In this document: one piece after another, positions 62,278 through 64,000 of the stretch
How positions within the stretch are numbered: the stretch's first letter is position 1
Layout: every line of letters starts with the position of its first letter
From: an uncultured Prevotellaceae bacterium
GTDB taxonomy: Bacteria; Bacteroidota; Bacteroidia; Bacteroidales; Bacteroidaceae
Direction of reading: 5' to 3'
DNA: 64,000 bases
Assembly: GCA_900318115.1 (NCBI GenBank)
Contig: ONJJ01000021.1
Coordinates: 8,773-72,772 of the forward strand
The notes under the pieces: generated by a model
The model's database searches: none
What the model saw: the letters and a program-made list of their open reading frames with translations, nothing else
Told to the model about the DNA's origin: nothing
Program-made: the position numbers and the translations under genes

Positions 62278-64000
62278 TTATTTGCGTTTCACCGAGTTGC
62301 GAGTGGGCGGCACCGGGTAGGGGAAGCCGTCGGGCAGCAGCTGGTCGTTGGAATAGAGGAGGACATCATCTATGAGGTGAATGACCACGGGCGATGTGAC
62401 GTAGTACCAGCGAGTAGCCTTGGTGAAGACATACTGGCGTGCTACGAGGTTGCTGCTGGAAACAACGACGTTGGCCGTCTTGCCGTTGGCATCAGTCACA
62501 GTGATGGCGGAGCCGGTGTTGTTGACCGTGAGACGACGGAATCGGCTGGAAGCGTCGTCGAAGCTGGCGGTCTCATAGACACCCTGTCCCTGCTCGCCGC
62601 CGAGATAGACGGATCCGTCCTGCACGTGGTAGCGGATGAAGTTGTTGATGGTCGTCTGGATGATGGCCTGGCAGGAGTCCTTCAGAGCGCGGACGGAGTC
62701 GAGCTCCTCATCGGTCATCAGGCTGTCGCGGTTGAGCATCACAGCAGAATCCAATACGGCAGCCCAGCCGTCGTATTCCTCCAGCGAGGGCAGCTTGTGG
62801 GCGGCCACGAGTTCATTGATCTTCTCGGCCGCGGGGACGTAGATGGTGTAGTGGAAGTTACCCATGATGTTCAGGGCCCGTCCGATGCAGACGTGTGTGC
62901 CGTCGAAGTCACCGGAGGTACTGAGGATGGAGGAACTGGCCATCAAGTCGGCAAAGGGCAGGAACTCGGGATGCTTCACGGAGTCGTTGAGGATCTCGTA
63001 GGGGGTCGTCAGCGTCGTCGTGGGCAGCTCGTCGAGCAGGTAGGAGATACCGTTGCCGTTCTCCGTCAGATCATAGCGGTCGGCAATGGGGATGAAGGTG
63101 CCGGCTTCCATCTGGGCACTGCCGGCGATGCCTGTCACCTGTCCGCCCTCGAAGCGCACCTGGATGGGGTTGCCGCCCTTGGTCAGATAGATGCTCTGAC
63201 CCTCATGGAAGGTCTGCGCGCCCTTCTGTCCGTGGACGATGATGAGGTTGTCGAAGAAGTCCGTCAGGCGGTTGTTGATCAGACCCAGGCCGCCGTCGGC
63301 ACCCGAGAGGTTATGCGTGCGGGGCTGGAAGGTGGTGGCAGTCTCCGTGGGGGTGTACGTCATCGTGGCGGAGTCCAGCACGGCCTCATAGACCGTAGCC
63401 GAGACGGGGAAGTACTGGTCCGAAGGATCCACGTAGTACTTGTAGGCCGCGGGCTTGCGCTCGTAGATGGAGAACGGGTCGATGACGGCACCGAAAGCCT
63501 GGTCCTTCGGCAGCAGGTAGCTGTAGGTCGAAGCCATGGAGTTCACATAGGCCTTGTTCTCGTAGCCCGTCCAGTTCTGGGTCCACCTCACATCGCCACC
63601 GGGCTTGTAGCGGGTGTCGGAGATAAAGCGGTACATGATGCTCTGGTCCTCATCCTGGCGCAGACGCACGGGGAAGAACACACTCTGGTGGTCAGGCGCC
63701 ACGTACACGGCGTTCATCTGATAGACCACACCGTTGCAGGCCATGAAGCAGCTGTCCACCTTGTCGATTGAAAGGCCCATGGCCTCGGACTCGGTATTCT
63801 TCACGTTCTCGAACTTGCTCGGGATGGTAGAGATAAGGCTGCTCTTCATGCAGTTGTTGAGGAAGGGAATCACAATCTCATCGGGCACGTTGTCCCAGTC
63901 GTTGCCGTACTTGGCACCGATGGCACGGCCGTCACCCGAGGTGAGGTAGTACTTCATCCATTCGTCGGTGGGCACGAAGATGGCAGCACCGTCGTTGCCG
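62278..64000 (-). CDS. Fasciclin (FAS1) domain protein, C-terminal part; gene continues beyond the right edge
   Basis: The track starts it at GTG 63975, but the frame stays open to base 64000 (..GNDGAAIFVPTDEWMKYY, a FAS1 xxFxPT motif). A second FAS1-like region is ..FHYTIYVPAAEKINEL.. / ..FIRYHVQDGSVYLGG... Confidence 0.75.
   Translation of the reverse strand, partial: GNDGAAIFVPTDEWMKYYLTSGDGRAIGAKYGNDWDNVPDEIVIPFLNNCMKSSLISTIPSKFENVKNTESEAMGLSIDKVDSCFMACNGVVYQMNAVYVAPDHQSVFFPVRLRQDEDQSIMYRFISDTRYKPGGDVRWTQNWTGYENKAYVNSMASTYSYLLPKDQAFGAVIDPFSIYERKPAAYKYYVDPSDQYFPVSATVYEAVLDSATMTYTPTETATTFQPRTHNLSGADGGLGLINNRLTDFFDNLIIVHGQKGAQTFHEGQSIYLTKGGNPIQVRFEGGQVTGIAGSAQMEAGTFIPIADRYDLTENGNGISYLLDELPTTTLTTPYEILNDSVKHPEFLPFADLMASSSILSTSGDFDGTHVCIGRALNIMGNFHYTIYVPAAEKINELVAAHKLPSLEEYDGWAAVLDSAVMLNRDSLMTDEELDSVRALKDSCQAIIQTTINNFIRYHVQDGSVYLGGEQGQGVYETASFDDASSRFRRLTVNNTGSAITVTDANGKTANVVVSSSNLVARQYVFTKATRWYYVTSPVVIHLIDDVLLYSNDQLLPDGFPYPVPPTRNSVKRK

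Overview
64-kb chromosomal window from a Bacteroidota genome. It looks Prevotella-like by inference: SusC/SusD pairs, T9SS C-terminal sorting domains, TAnnTTTG -7 promoter boxes, no Shine-Dalgarno sites and fairly high GC. It is almost fully coding, mostly on the minus strand. Left to right: (1) an operon of T9SS cargo protein, porin-like barrel and a giant secreted protein, which runs off the left edge and is missing from the ORF track; (2) a TPR/AraC regulator; (3) two GH2 glycosidases preceded by a chimeric sensor-propeller/T9SS-tail ORF; (4) a ~15.5-kb sigma-54-controlled MacAB-TolC-like exporter locus with TolC, adaptor, NtrC-type regulator, histidine kinase, one ATPase and six FtsX-type permease modules in three type-1/type-2 pairs; (5) carB and mutS2; (6) an ECF sigma, a membrane-anchored beta-barrel fusion protein and a surface serpin; (7) a PatB/MalY-type lyase, a SWIM-SNF2 helicase, and tRNA-Ser and tRNA-Thr; (8) a double SusC/SusD locus interleaved with three fasciclin-domain proteins, the last running off the right edge. 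The most unusual signal is a family of ~36-nt GC-rich palindromic units (13 copies). Most lie inside ORFs and are read through in frame (kinase, response regulator, MutS2). As ~160-bp composite cassettes they also form intercistronic junctions that supply the start codon and N-terminus of three exporter genes. Other items: three sigma-54 promoters with paired enhancer dyads, a 441-bp element with 47-bp terminal inverted repeats containing 21-bp-phased dyads, a 122-nt G-less tandem-repeat leader, a structured 147-nt spacer between the tRNAs, and a possible protease-sensing ECF/serpin module. All functional calls come from reading motifs by eye; no database search was possible.
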